Below are positions 29,796 to 39,323 of a DNA stretch of 64,000 nucleotides, in pieces. The number at the start of each line of letters is the position of its first letter. The stretch's first letter is position 1. The stretch spans positions 75,315 through 139,314 of the forward strand of contig JBDRYB010000001.1 of the NCBI GenBank assembly GCA_039803205.1. The letters run 5' to 3'. Under the pieces are notes generated by a model. The model was not told the origin of the DNA. It saw only the letters and a list, made by a program, of their open reading frames with translations, and did not search any database. This DNA is from a candidate division WOR-3 bacterium (GTDB lineage Bacteria > Hydrothermota > Hydrothermia > JBDRYB01). Position numbers and translations under genes: made by a program.

Positions 29796-30815
29796 ATGCG
29801 CGTTGCGGTTTTGATGTCCGGGGGGGTTGATTCATCGGTTGCCCTCGCGCTCATGCTTGAGCAGGGGCACGAGTGCGCCGGCGTCTCTCTCCTGTTTCAC
29901 CCCGACTCAACCTGTTGTCGCCCACAGGACATAGAGGACGCGGCCGCTGTCGCCAAGAAGCTTGGCGCCAAGCACATCGTCGTTGATGTGCGGGAGGCTT
30001 TCTCGGATAAGGTTATAAAACCCTTCGTTGAGGGGTATTCCAGCGGGAAAACCCCAAATCCTTGCCCTATTTGCAACGCTCATATAAAGTTCGGCCTCGG
30101 CCTCAGGTGGGCCACATCTCAAGGGTTTGATCGCGTTGCATCTGGCCACTACGCGAGGATAAATCTCAAGGACAGCGAGGTCTTCCTTGAGAGGGCCAAG
30201 GACGCGAACAAATCGCAGGAATACTTTTTGGCCCTTGTTCCGGCTGAGAATCTGAGAAGAGCGGTCTTTCCTTTGGGGGAGCTCACAAAAGATGAGGTTA
30301 GAACCATAGCCAAGGCCAAGGGGCTTCCCCTGCACGAGAAACCAGAAAGCCAGGATGTCTGCTTCATCCGTGGGGATCTCAGGAGATTTCTCCGGGATCA
30401 TCTTGGCGAGAGGCCCGGCAGGTTTCTTGATGCAAGGGGCAAGTCCCTCGGACATCATGATGGCTATTACACATATACAGTTGGCCAGCGCCGGGGCCAC
30501 GGAGTCGCGACGGGCAAAAGGGCTTATGTTATACGGATAGAACCGCCGGATGTGATTCTGGGGACGAGGGAGGAGGCTTGTTCCAAAATTCTAAAGCTCA
30601 CCAGCGTTAACAGGTTCACCGAGTTGAGCGAGGGCGATGTGTTCATGGTCAGGGTAAGGTATGGGCACGAACCAGGCCCAGCGGTTTTGGTTTCCGATTC
30701 CGGGAACGAGATGACGCTTGAGTTCAAAGATCCTCAGTTCGCGATTGTCCCGGGCCAGATAGGTGTCCTATACAGGGGCGATAGGGTCGTGGCCGGAGGG
30801 ATAATCGCGCAATAA
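29796..30815 (+). CDS. mnmA: tRNA 2-thiouridylase
   Basis: MSGGVDSS, TPNPCPICN, SGHYAR, ESQDVCF, YTVGQRRG, PGQ. Confidence 0.97.
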   Translation: MRVAVLMSGGVDSSVALALMLEQGHECAGVSLLFHPDSTCCRPQDIEDAAAVAKKLGAKHIVVDVREAFSDKVIKPFVEGYSSGKTPNPCPICNAHIKFGLGLRWATSQGFDRVASGHYARINLKDSEVFLERAKDANKSQEYFLALVPAENLRRAVFPLGELTKDEVRTIAKAKGLPLHEKPESQDVCFIRGDLRRFLRDHLGERPGRFLDARGKSLGHHDGYYTYTVGQRRGHGVATGKRAYVIRIEPPDVILGTREEACSKILKLTSVNRFTELSEGDVFMVRVRYGHEPGPAVLVSDSGNEMTLEFKDPQFAIVPGQIGVLYRGDRVVAGGIIAQ

Positions 30816-30825
30816 GGCCCCCTGC

Positions 30826-30966
30826 TTACCGAATTACCATCTTCTCCGTAAGGCTCCTAGCCCCTGCCTCAAGCCTCAGGAAATAGACCCCTGGCCCCAG
30901 ATCCGGCACCCAGTGTATCTCTCCGTTTAGCCCAGGGCCCTCGCGCCCTGGGCCTTCGTGTATCAC
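30826..30966 (-). pseudogene. Orphan T9SS-like C-terminal domain fragment
   Basis: Manual translation VIHEGPGREGPGLNGEIHWVPDLGPGVYFLRLEAGARSLTEKMVIR*; no upstream cargo ORF. Confidence 0.75.
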
Positions 30967-30983
30967 CCGGACCCCCCGCGGAC

Positions 30984-31012
30984 TTGACAGTCCACGCGAA
31001 ATCGGTTATAAT
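30984..31012 (+). promoter_or_regulatory. Perfect sigma70 promoter
   Basis: TTGACA (30984-30989), 17-nt spacer, TATAAT (31007-31012). Confidence 0.9.
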
Positions 31013-31022
31013 TATCACCGCG

Positions 31023-31604
31023 ATGAGAAAATTTATGGTGTTGGGAATGATAATTTGGCCAGCCATGTTGATAGCTGGCGATCTGATAATAAATGAGGTC
31101 TCGGTGAACCAAGGCACTTGGGTTGAGCTCAAGAACACCGGCTCATCACCGGTTAACCTCGGTGGTTGGCAGATAATGAACTCAAAGGGCTCGGATGTCC
31201 TTCCGGATGTGACGATTCAACCAGGGGCCTATCTGGTTATAGCGGGAAGCCAGGCCATGAAGGCAGATGTCTATATGGCTGATGGCTCTATTGGTTCTGG
31301 CCTCGTTGTCTCAGGGGACATGCTCGCCCTCGTGAATCCGGATGGTGAGGTCTCGGACCTCATGAACTGGGGCGAACCCGACCCATCTTGGAAGAACTAC
31401 ATGCCAAGCCTCTGGAGCCGCGGCCCGAACATGAGCTCAACGGGTATCCTCGCGAGAGTTCCAGACGCGACCGATAGGGGCACTCCCAGGGATTTCAGGC
31501 CCATGACCCAGGCCACCCCAGGAAAGGAAAATGTTTATCCAGAGGGGCTTGATGTTCCATCCTGGGGAAAGATAAAGGCTCTGTTCTCGCCGGGACAGCG
31601 CTAG
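31023..31604 (+). CDS. Secreted lamin-tail-domain protein with WGKIKALF tail
   Basis: Signal peptide; LIINEV, WVELKN, VNLGGWQI, TPGKEN; ends PSWGKIKALFSPGQR. Confidence 0.88.
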   Translation: MRKFMVLGMIIWPAMLIAGDLIINEVSVNQGTWVELKNTGSSPVNLGGWQIMNSKGSDVLPDVTIQPGAYLVIAGSQAMKADVYMADGSIGSGLVVSGDMLALVNPDGEVSDLMNWGEPDPSWKNYMPSLWSRGPNMSSTGILARVPDATDRGTPRDFRPMTQATPGKENVYPEGLDVPSWGKIKALFSPGQR

Positions 31605-31615
31605 CAACCGAGATC

Positions 31616-32437
31616 TCAGACGATTTCCAGCCGAAAATCCGGAACAAGACCTTTCTCTTTGGCTCTCATGAGGAGCTCAGAAAGCCCCATGAGCGCCTCC
31701 CTGTCCATAGCCTCGGTCTGCCGGTTGACATACATGTTAACGAAGCGCTCAAGGGTCTCAGTGGAAAGCCCCCTGCCGAAACCCGCGGCATAATCCAGGG
31801 CCTCCTGGCTGTGAGATAACGCATATGATATGCTCTCAGAGAGGATCCGACTCAGATCGGATATCACAACAGGGCCGAGGTCCTTTTTTACCAGGTTAAC
31901 CCCCAGGACAAGGGGGAGACCCGTCTCAGAGCTCCACCACTCCCCGAGGTCAAGAACCCTGAAGAGCCCCTCTTGTTCGTATGTAAGCTGGCCCTCGTGT
32001 ATTAGGAGCCCGGCGTCAGCGGCCCCTGATCTAACCGCGCTGATTATCCGATCAAACGGGATGACGGTGTATCTGAACTCGCCAACAGCGAGCCTCGCGG
32101 CCAGAAAGGCTGTGGTCATCTCTCCGGGAACGGCCAAAACAAGGTCTTTAAGATCAGAAGGAGACAAAGGTTCCCTCGCGACTATTACAGGGCCATAACC
32201 CTTTCCAACAGACGCGCCCGAACGCATGAGCAGGTATCTATCCCAGAGATACGGATATGAGGCCGCCGAAGCCGCTGAGAGGTCCGGCTCGCCGGCCATG
32301 CACATCCTGTTCAGGGTTTCTATGTCGTGATATGTCTGGACGAACTCATATGGCCCAGTGTCAATCCTGGCTTTAACCATCGCGTAGAACATGAAGGCGT
32401 CATCCGGATCAGGGCTGTGCGCGACGAGGATCTTCAC
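31616..32437 (-). CDS. mqnD: 1,4-dihydroxy-6-naphthoate synthase (futalosine pathway)
   Basis: AHSPDPDDAFMFY, DIETLN, GYGP, LLIHEGQLTY, LPLVLG, MYVN; GTG 6 nt after TATAAT. Confidence 0.93.
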   Translation of the reverse strand: MKILVAHSPDPDDAFMFYAMVKARIDTGPYEFVQTYHDIETLNRMCMAGEPDLSAASAASYPYLWDRYLLMRSGASVGKGYGPVIVAREPLSPSDLKDLVLAVPGEMTTAFLAARLAVGEFRYTVIPFDRIISAVRSGAADAGLLIHEGQLTYEQEGLFRVLDLGEWWSSETGLPLVLGVNLVKKDLGPVVISDLSRILSESISYALSHSQEALDYAAGFGRGLSTETLERFVNMYVNRQTEAMDREALMGLSELLMRAKEKGLVPDFRLEIV

Positions 32438-32529
32438 CCTGAGATTATACCAGCTAGGCCTGGACCATTGCACTTGTTAATCGCTCAGGAACCCAAAGCC
32501 AACCAGCAGAATTAGGGGGCGGTTTGCTT

Positions 32530-33600
32530 TCATTCGGAGTCTATCTCTCCCCTGAGCCGTTCCATGAACCTCTGGTAATGGCGAACCGAGTGGAAGGTCG
32601 CAAGAACGGGGCCAAGCATCTCGTCCGAAAGAAAAAGGTGCCTGAGGTATGCTCTGGAGAAGTTCCGGCAGGCATAGCAATCGCACCCTGGATCAATTGG
32701 GCCCAAATCCTCCTTGAACCTGGAGTTTCGGAGGTTGATCTGGCCCTCTGAGGTGAAGACCTGACCCTTGCGCGCGTTCCTGGTTGGCAAGACACAGTCA
32801 AAGATGTCAAAGCCCCTTTCAACCGCATCCCGAATGTCCTCAGGATAGCCAACGCCCATCAGGTAGCGGGGCTTTTCCTGGGGCAATATCTCATCAAGGA
32901 GCTCAAGAACCCGGTTTCGTTCATCCCTTGTTTCACCGAGCGCGAGGCCTCCGGCCGCGTATCCGTCAAAATCCATCTCCGCCAGGGCCCTGGCACAATG
33001 CTCGCGGAGATCCGGATAAACCGAACCCTGAACAATAGCGAAAAGGGCTCCACGATGCTGGTTTTCCCTGAAGTACTTGATTGACCTCTCTGCCCAGGAA
33101 ATGGTGAGCTCAACAGCCCTGGCCGCTTCTGCTTTGGGAACCGGATAAGGCACTGGCTCGTCCAGGGTCATCCTTATGTCAGAACCAAAAGCCTCCTGAA
33201 GATCCAGAACACGCTCCGGACTGAAGAAATGCGCGGAGCCATCCCTGTGGCTTTGGAATTGAACCCCATCAGGAAGAACCCTTCTGAGCTTCGCGAGGCT
33301 ATAGACCTGGAATCCGCCGGAATCAGTCAGTATAGGCCTTTCCCATCCCATAAACCGGTGAAGTCCCCCTATGCTCTTTATGATCTCTGGGCCGGGCATC
33401 AGCGAAAGGTGATATGTGTTAGCCACGATCATCCAGGTTCCCGTCTGGACGAGCATGGCTGGGGTTATTCCCTTTAGGGTAGCCTGGGTGGCAACGGGCA
33501 TGAAGCAGGGGGTTGGGACGAGGCCGTGGGCTGTGGTTATTGCTCCGGCCCTGGCTCGGCCTTTGCGGGCCCTTATCGCAAACCCGAATTCGGAACCCAT
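32530..33600 (-). CDS. tgt: tRNA-guanine transglycosylase
   Basis: NTYHL, TDSGGFQ, PRYLMGVG, FDCVLPTRNAR, CDCYAC. Confidence 0.96.
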   Translation of the reverse strand: MGSEFGFAIRARKGRARAGAITTAHGLVPTPCFMPVATQATLKGITPAMLVQTGTWMIVANTYHLSLMPGPEIIKSIGGLHRFMGWERPILTDSGGFQVYSLAKLRRVLPDGVQFQSHRDGSAHFFSPERVLDLQEAFGSDIRMTLDEPVPYPVPKAEAARAVELTISWAERSIKYFRENQHRGALFAIVQGSVYPDLREHCARALAEMDFDGYAAGGLALGETRDERNRVLELLDEILPQEKPRYLMGVGYPEDIRDAVERGFDIFDCVLPTRNARKGQVFTSEGQINLRNSRFKEDLGPIDPGCDCYACRNFSRAYLRHLFLSDEMLGPVLATFHSVRHYQRFMERLRGEIDSE

Positions 33601-34484
33601 AATCTAATAGCCCCTCTTTCGCAGGTTATCTCAATCTTTCCAGGGCCGGCACGGAAAACCTCGCCATCGGCCTGGGCTATGGTTTCCTCTTTCAACCAAT
33701 AAATAACGGTCTCAGCCCTCGCGTGATGGACCTCTGGTAGGGTGAGGTGCTGGCCTCTCATCACTTTCGGTATGTTGATGGCCAGCCTGAGAAAAGAAAC
33801 AGGCTCTATGAGATAGGTATCCAAAAGCCCATCATCCATCTCTGCCCCAGGAAAAAGCATGTATCCCCCGCCCATGAAACGCCCTATTCCAGCGCCGGAC
33901 ATGAGCACATGGCCCTCATACCTCAAGCCATTAGCCTCCAGGCCCAAGCGTGGGGGCAAAAATCCCCTAAAAGCCAAAAGCGTTGAAGCGAGATAAAGCG
34001 GGAAACCAGAAAGCCATCTCAGCCTGTTGATGCCTTCCGCGACGCGGGCATCAAAACCAAACCCCATTCCCACAGCAAACGCAAAGGAGAGTTCCCTGGA
34101 CCTCAAAAACCCCAGGTCAAGAACCCTCTCTTTTGGCTCTCTCATTATCTTAATGGCATCCGAAATGCTCATCTTCTTGCCGAAAACGCTCCTCGGTAGG
34201 TCGTTTCCGCGCCCGCAGGGCAAGATTGCCATGGGGACCCCCGTTCCCGCCAAGGCCTCTGAGGCCTCCCTGAATGTCCCATCCCCTCCAAGGCAAGCTA
34301 TCACCTCAGCCCCAGCGTCAAGGAGCGCCCTGGTCTTTAGGGTCCCATCCCCCCTGGTCTCCGTAAACCGGACGATGGGTTCTGGAAATATCTCGGTTAT
34401 CCGCTCAATTACTCTCCCGGCCAAGCTCCTGGCCCTTCCCCTCCCCGCCGCTGGGTTGACGAGAAGCCCTAGCCTATGGGCCAT
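33573..34484 (-). CDS. Diacylglycerol/lipid kinase family protein
   Basis: VNPAAG, GGDGT, PCGRGND, GFGFDA, DDGLLD, QADGE. Confidence 0.93.
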   Translation of the reverse strand: MAHRLGLLVNPAAGRGRARSLAGRVIERITEIFPEPIVRFTETRGDGTLKTRALLDAGAEVIACLGGDGTFREASEALAGTGVPMAILPCGRGNDLPRSVFGKKMSISDAIKIMREPKERVLDLGFLRSRELSFAFAVGMGFGFDARVAEGINRLRWLSGFPLYLASTLLAFRGFLPPRLGLEANGLRYEGHVLMSGAGIGRFMGGGYMLFPGAEMDDGLLDTYLIEPVSFLRLAINIPKVMRGQHLTLPEVHHARAETVIYWLKEETIAQADGEVFRAGPGKIEITCERGAIRLWVPNSGLR

Positions 34485-34542
34485 AAACCCCTCTTAGAAT
34501 ACAGGCCTGCCGCAAATCCATTTCCAGGTGAATAAAAGGCAT

Positions 34543-34896
34543 TCAGGTTTTCTGCCCCTCCTCTGCTCCCGTGATCAATCTAATGATGAACTCAACCGCT
34601 TTGCCCGTGTGCTCGCTTGTCCTGCGCGCCAGCTCGTCTGCCTCGGCTCTTCCAGCCGCGAGGGCATCCGCGACCTCCCTCTCTATTTCCAGAAGCCCCT
34701 TCTTCTTTATGAGCTCTGCCCTCAGAACAGCATCTCGTTCCGCATCCGAGATAATGCGCTTTGCTTCCTGTTTTGCCCTCTCAATTGCCTCTTTTGCCCT
34801 CGCCTGGCCATCCCTCACCAGCTCCTCGGCTCTTGTTTCTATTTTTTCCAGCTCTTCGTGCATAGGAGACTTTCTATCCGAATTCTCGCGTCCCAT
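34543..34896 (-). CDS. Probable V/A-type ATPase peripheral stalk subunit G/H
   Basis: Charged coiled coil LEKIETRAEELV..A..EAKRII..AE ending AVEFIIRLI; start may instead be ATG 34863. Confidence 0.6.
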   Translation of the reverse strand: MGRENSDRKSPMHEELEKIETRAEELVRDGQARAKEAIERAKQEAKRIISDAERDAVLRAELIKKKGLLEIEREVADALAAGRAEADELARRTSEHTGKAVEFIIRLITGAEEGQKT

Positions 34897-34897
34897 A

Positions 34898-35554
34898 TCA
34901 GGGTCTTTCTCCCTTGAACAAAGCGATAAGGCCAAAGCTTAAAGCAATCGCCCTCGCGCCTTCAAACCCAACCTCTCCCATTTCCTTTAGGAAGTTGCCC
35001 CTCGGGCCGAAACCCTCCACAGAGCGAGCAAAATAGCTATATGCAGAGGGGTCGGTCCTCAGGAGCCTTGCCAGGAAGGGGATCCAAAAGCGGGCATAGA
35101 CCCTGAAGAGGAGCCGGATAGCCGGATTCTCCGGGAGGACGGAATCCAGAACAATCAGCCTTCCGCCCGGTCTCAAAACCCTCGCTATCTCTCGGAGGGC
35201 CTGGCGCCTATCCGGGAGGTTCCTCATCCCCCAGGCCACAGTTACCGAGTCAAACGAGCCATCCCTGAAGGGAAGACAAAGAGCATCTGCTATGACAGAG
35301 GGAATATGAGGAGCCTTGAGCCTCATGGCTCTCAGCATGTTCATGTCCCCGTCAAGGCCAATAACGGACAGGCCGTTCGCTTTCACGGATATTGCCATGT
35401 CTCCGGTCCCTGAGCAGAGATCGAGGACGGATCCTGAGCAATCTCTCGCGGCAAGCCGTCTCCAGGCCTTATCCATTCCCAAGCTCATGAGCCTGTTCAT
35501 CCGGTCATATGCCCGGACTATTCCGGAGAACATGCGGGGAGAACCATCATTCAT
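34898..35554 (-). CDS. menG: Demethylmenaquinone methyltransferase (UbiE/MenG)
   Basis: MFSGI..YDRMNRLMSLGMD..WR, LDLCSGTGD, WGMRN, RVLRPGG. Confidence 0.9.
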   Translation of the reverse strand: MNDGSPRMFSGIVRAYDRMNRLMSLGMDKAWRRLAARDCSGSVLDLCSGTGDMAISVKANGLSVIGLDGDMNMLRAMRLKAPHIPSVIADALCLPFRDGSFDSVTVAWGMRNLPDRRQALREIARVLRPGGRLIVLDSVLPENPAIRLLFRVYARFWIPFLARLLRTDPSAYSYFARSVEGFGPRGNFLKEMGEVGFEGARAIALSFGLIALFKGERP

Positions 35555-35572
35555 AATGAAAAGATATAAGCG

Positions 35573-37216
35573 CTAATATGGGAACCAGACCAGCTTCTTT
35601 TGACAGACTGCCTCACCAACCGCGAGGTTCACGAAATATATCCCCCTGGGCATGAGCCTTCCCGTCTCATCCGTCCCGTCCCATGTAACCCAGTATGCCC
35701 CTGGTTCCATCTGGCCCCTGTCCAGGACCCTCACGGTCTTGCCCGATGGCTCAACAACCCTGAGCTCTGCCCATGATGGCTTTTCTATGAGGTAAAGGAT
35801 GCCAGCTGATCCGAAAGCTGGGTTTGGTATGAGTTTGATGCTCGTGTCCGGGAGAGAAACCTGCGCCTCTGAGGATCTCACTCTTTTGGATGAAACCGTG
35901 AGCAAGGAGCCTATCTTCGGGTTTTTGATGGTCTTCTTCCCCCCTCCGCAGGCCCAGACAATAACAACGGAATCCGCTTGCGACCTCTCCCCTACTCCAA
36001 ATATGAGATCCCCCGCTCCGTGGCTCAGGGAGTTTATGGAGGCGCCAGGTTGGATCATCTTCTTGAAGTTCTCTGAATAAATGGTTATTCTGTCAACAGG
36101 GTCCGGGCCCTTGAGCCTTAGCTTGATGTAATTTCCCCTCGCGGTGATGTTCTCAAGAAGCCTCAGAGAACCATCGGCTACGAGAGCTATGTCCGGATCC
36201 CCGTCATCATCGTAATCACCAAGAGCAAGCGTTCTCACTCCGCTAACAGCATCCAGTCCCCACGCAGATGTCCTGTCAACGAGGAGGCTGTCCTCATTGA
36301 TCATCAGTCTCAGTGCCCCATCCATGGTTACCAGGAGGATGTCATCCCACCCATCCAGGTCAACATCACAGAAAACGCCATCCCTTAGGGGGGGCAAGCC
36401 CGAAAGCCCAGCCTCGGCAGTGATATCCCGAAACTCACCAGATCTGTTAGCCAGAAGGAGCGCCCCCTCGTCCGAACACACGAGGATGTCATAAAGCCCA
36501 TCCCCATTGTAATCCCCAACCATTATCCCCCTCGTCTCAGATGTCCCTGCCCTGTAGAAAACCCTGCCCATGTCATCCTTTCTGCCCTTTATGACCAAAA
36601 TCCCCTGGTCCTTATGGGAGAGGATTATGTCAGGATAGGTATCCAGGTTGAGATCAACAACCAGGCCCGAAAACCCGTCAGCTGACAGCTGGGCCAGAGG
36701 AGGCGGGGTTCCTTCAACGAAGCCACCTGAGCTGGGAACCCAGAGCCTGTGGCCGGGCTCATTTATCAAAGCTGTGTTTATCTCGAGAAGCTCAAGCTGA
36801 TCGTTGCAATCCACATCAACAGGAAGGAGCCTCCTGGTTGAGCGCCCACCAGTAAAACCCATCTCCGGAGATACATCCTGGAAAACGCCCGCCTTTTTCT
36901 TCAGGAAAACGGGAGGGGAGCCGAGATGCGAGCTTGCGGCCGCTATCTCCACTGCACCATCATAATCAAGGTCCCAGGCCAGAAGTCCCAAAACGCCGGG
37001 CAGGGTTCCGCGGCTCTCCTGGGCTGTGGCATCCGTGAACTTGCCTCCCACATTCTTGAAAAACTTGGTGGCACCGTCTTCGGAAGAACCAACGATGATA
37101 TCCAGGTCCCCGTCGCCGTCGTAGTCAACGAGGGCAACGGACCTGGCGAAGGATACGCCCATCAAGCCAGCCTGGGCTGTAACATCGCAAAACGCGAGCA
37201 AAAAACCAAATGCCAC
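35573..37216 (-). CDS. FG-GAP/CRTAC1-like (ASPIC/UnbV) protein with FlgD-Ig/T9SS-like tail
   Basis: Repeated DYDGDGDLDI motifs; FGVG..ADSVVIVW; PNP...WDGTDETG..MPRGIYF; GTG start 37216 inferred. Confidence 0.87.
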   Translation of the reverse strand: MAFGFLLAFCDVTAQAGLMGVSFARSVALVDYDGDGDLDIIVGSSEDGATKFFKNVGGKFTDATAQESRGTLPGVLGLLAWDLDYDGAVEIAAASSHLGSPPVFLKKKAGVFQDVSPEMGFTGGRSTRRLLPVDVDCNDQLELLEINTALINEPGHRLWVPSSGGFVEGTPPPLAQLSADGFSGLVVDLNLDTYPDIILSHKDQGILVIKGRKDDMGRVFYRAGTSETRGIMVGDYNGDGLYDILVCSDEGALLLANRSGEFRDITAEAGLSGLPPLRDGVFCDVDLDGWDDILLVTMDGALRLMINEDSLLVDRTSAWGLDAVSGVRTLALGDYDDDGDPDIALVADGSLRLLENITARGNYIKLRLKGPDPVDRITIYSENFKKMIQPGASINSLSHGAGDLIFGVGERSQADSVVIVWACGGGKKTIKNPKIGSLLTVSSKRVRSSEAQVSLPDTSIKLIPNPAFGSAGILYLIEKPSWAELRVVEPSGKTVRVLDRGQMEPGAYWVTWDGTDETGRLMPRGIYFVNLAVGEAVCQKKLVWFPY

Positions 37217-37254
37217 AGCTTCATAATGATAAACCAAACGGTGTGGCCGATCAA

Positions 37255-38421
37255 CTAGTCTGCTTTCAATATTCCTTCCCTGCCAAAAGCCCTGGAAGCG
37301 AGGAATGTTGCGCCTGCCGCGTAGACCGAATTCGCAACAAGGCTTATTATGAACGGCAATACCCTAAGGTTCCCCATGAGCGCGCCCTTTATTGCCATGG
37401 CTGTATTGTATATGGGCACAAGCGCGCCCAGGCTCGTCAATTGCGCTCCGGGCATCATGCTCGCCATCGCTGGGAATATCACGATCAAAGATAGGGGCGT
37501 TAGGTATGTCTGCGCCTCCCGGTAGCTCTTCGCGTATGAGGCGAGAGCGACCTCAAGTGATGCGGCAAAAATAGCCAGGGGCACGACGCTCAGAAACAGC
37601 ACGAGAAAACCCGCGGAGTTCGGGGACATTTCCTTTGTTAACTCACTTAGCTCTGGAGAGAGAGTTCCTGCGAAAACGAAACACAGTCCGTAAGAGGCAA
37701 GGTTCAGCAATCCCGTGACCAAGGATGCCAGAGCAACCGCGCTTATCTTTGAGGAGACGATAACGCTCCTTGAGACCGGGGCTGAGAGCAGGATCTCTAT
37801 GGTGTGCCTCTCCCGCTCGCCGGCCACGAGGTCCATGGCTGGATACATTCCCCCAGTGAAAACGAGAAGAACGAGGATGTAACCCAAGAGCGTTCCGAGG
37901 ATGTAGCCGGTCATCCTTTGAGGGGGCGCGACATTTTCCTCCCTCACTGAAAGCGGGCGCCACATCCATCCCGGCGCGCCCAGCGCCTCCATGTTGTCTC
38001 TCAGGTTCATCTCCCTCGCGGAATCCAGGACTGCTGTTACTTTGGCCAGGGAATATTCGGATGACTCGTCTGAGGCATCGTGATAGCAGGTCGCGAGGAT
38101 CGTCCCATCATCCCTTCTCTCCCACCAGATACCCACATCCGCTTTCCCGGTCTCAACATCGGACCTCGGAGAATCTGAGGGAAAAGGGGATAAGCCCTCT
38201 TCCACGAGCAGGCTATCAAGGCCCTGTATCGGGAAATTTGGCCTTATCGCTACTGGATGCGGGGCTTTCTCTATCCTGCTCATCGCGGAGGCCGTGAAGT
38301 AAGAGACCGCTATGAGAATAACGGGTATGGCAACGAGGGGAACCAGGATCATGCTTATTATTGCCCTCCTGTCCCTCATGATCTCCACGATCTCCTTGAA
38401 AAGAAGGACCCTGAACCTCAT
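37255..38421 (-). CDS. natB: ABC-2 exporter permease, NatB-like
   Basis: KEIVEIMRDRR, AGERERHTIEILLSAP, AKSYREAQTY. Confidence 0.88.
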   Translation of the reverse strand: MRFRVLLFKEIVEIMRDRRAIISMILVPLVAIPVILIAVSYFTASAMSRIEKAPHPVAIRPNFPIQGLDSLLVEEGLSPFPSDSPRSDVETGKADVGIWWERRDDGTILATCYHDASDESSEYSLAKVTAVLDSAREMNLRDNMEALGAPGWMWRPLSVREENVAPPQRMTGYILGTLLGYILVLLVFTGGMYPAMDLVAGERERHTIEILLSAPVSRSVIVSSKISAVALASLVTGLLNLASYGLCFVFAGTLSPELSELTKEMSPNSAGFLVLFLSVVPLAIFAASLEVALASYAKSYREAQTYLTPLSLIVIFPAMASMMPGAQLTSLGALVPIYNTAMAIKGALMGNLRVLPFIISLVANSVYAAGATFLASRAFGREGILKAD

Positions 38422-39143
38422 CTTCCACCTCCAACGAGAGCAAGATAGACCTCTCTGAGCTTCTCTTTGCCGGTCTTAGCTCTCAGATCCGTTATGGTTC
38501 CCTCCGCAACAACCCGCCCTCCGGTTATCACAACGATCCTGTCCGCCAGGAACTCCGCCTCCTCCATGATGTGGGTTGAGACCAGGATTGCCTTCCCTTC
38601 CCCCTTCATCTCAAGGATGAAGTTCTCAACAGCCCTGGATGACTCCACATCAAGCCCCTTTGTTGGCTCGTCCATTATGAGTATGGGTGGATCGTGCACG
38701 AGGCACCTCGCTACCGCTACACGCTGTCTCATCCCCGTGGATAACCTCGCTATCCTGGTGTCCGCAAACCCGGTCATTCCAAGCCTCTCGGTGAGATACT
38801 CGATCCTCTTGGCCAGCTTCTCCTTGGGGATCCCAGACAGGCTTCCGAATATCCTCAGGACCTCCTTCGGAGTGAGCCTGTGATAAAGGCCGGAATCAGC
38901 TGGCAGGAAACCAAGCAAGGCCTTGGCCTCCTCGGGTGACCTCCCAGCAAGCTTGGCTTTGCCCTGATCAGGTCTCAGCAGTCCTGCAAGAAGCCTCATG
39001 GTAGTGGTCTTCCCAGCGCCATTTGGACCCAACAAAGCAACGACCTCGCCCGCCTGGACCCTGAAGGATACCCCATCAACGGCGCGAACATCGCCCCTCC
39101 TTCTGTCCTTGAATGACTTGAAGAGACCCTGCGCCTCAATCAT
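38418..39143 (-). CDS. natA: ABC exporter ATPase, NatA-like
   Basis: GPNGAGKTT, LSTGMRQRV, DEPT, STH; ATG 6 nt after TATAAT. Confidence 0.9.
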   Translation of the reverse strand: MIEAQGLFKSFKDRRRGDVRAVDGVSFRVQAGEVVALLGPNGAGKTTTMRLLAGLLRPDQGKAKLAGRSPEEAKALLGFLPADSGLYHRLTPKEVLRIFGSLSGIPKEKLAKRIEYLTERLGMTGFADTRIARLSTGMRQRVAVARCLVHDPPILIMDEPTKGLDVESSRAVENFILEMKGEGKAILVSTHIMEEAEFLADRIVVITGGRVVAEGTITDLRAKTGKEKLREVYLALVGGGR

Positions 39144-39323
39144 GGACAAATTATATTGGGATCTCAAGTATCCGTGCCTGGCCTCGCCCATGCATTAATG
39201 GCTGGGCAACTAGGAAATAATTGTAGCGATGTGAAAGACTCTTAACCCAAAGCGACCTTCCCCCTAGCCCTACCGCAGGTCCGGGTGAAAGAGGATAGCC
39301 ACTCAGATTATAATCTGAGAGCT

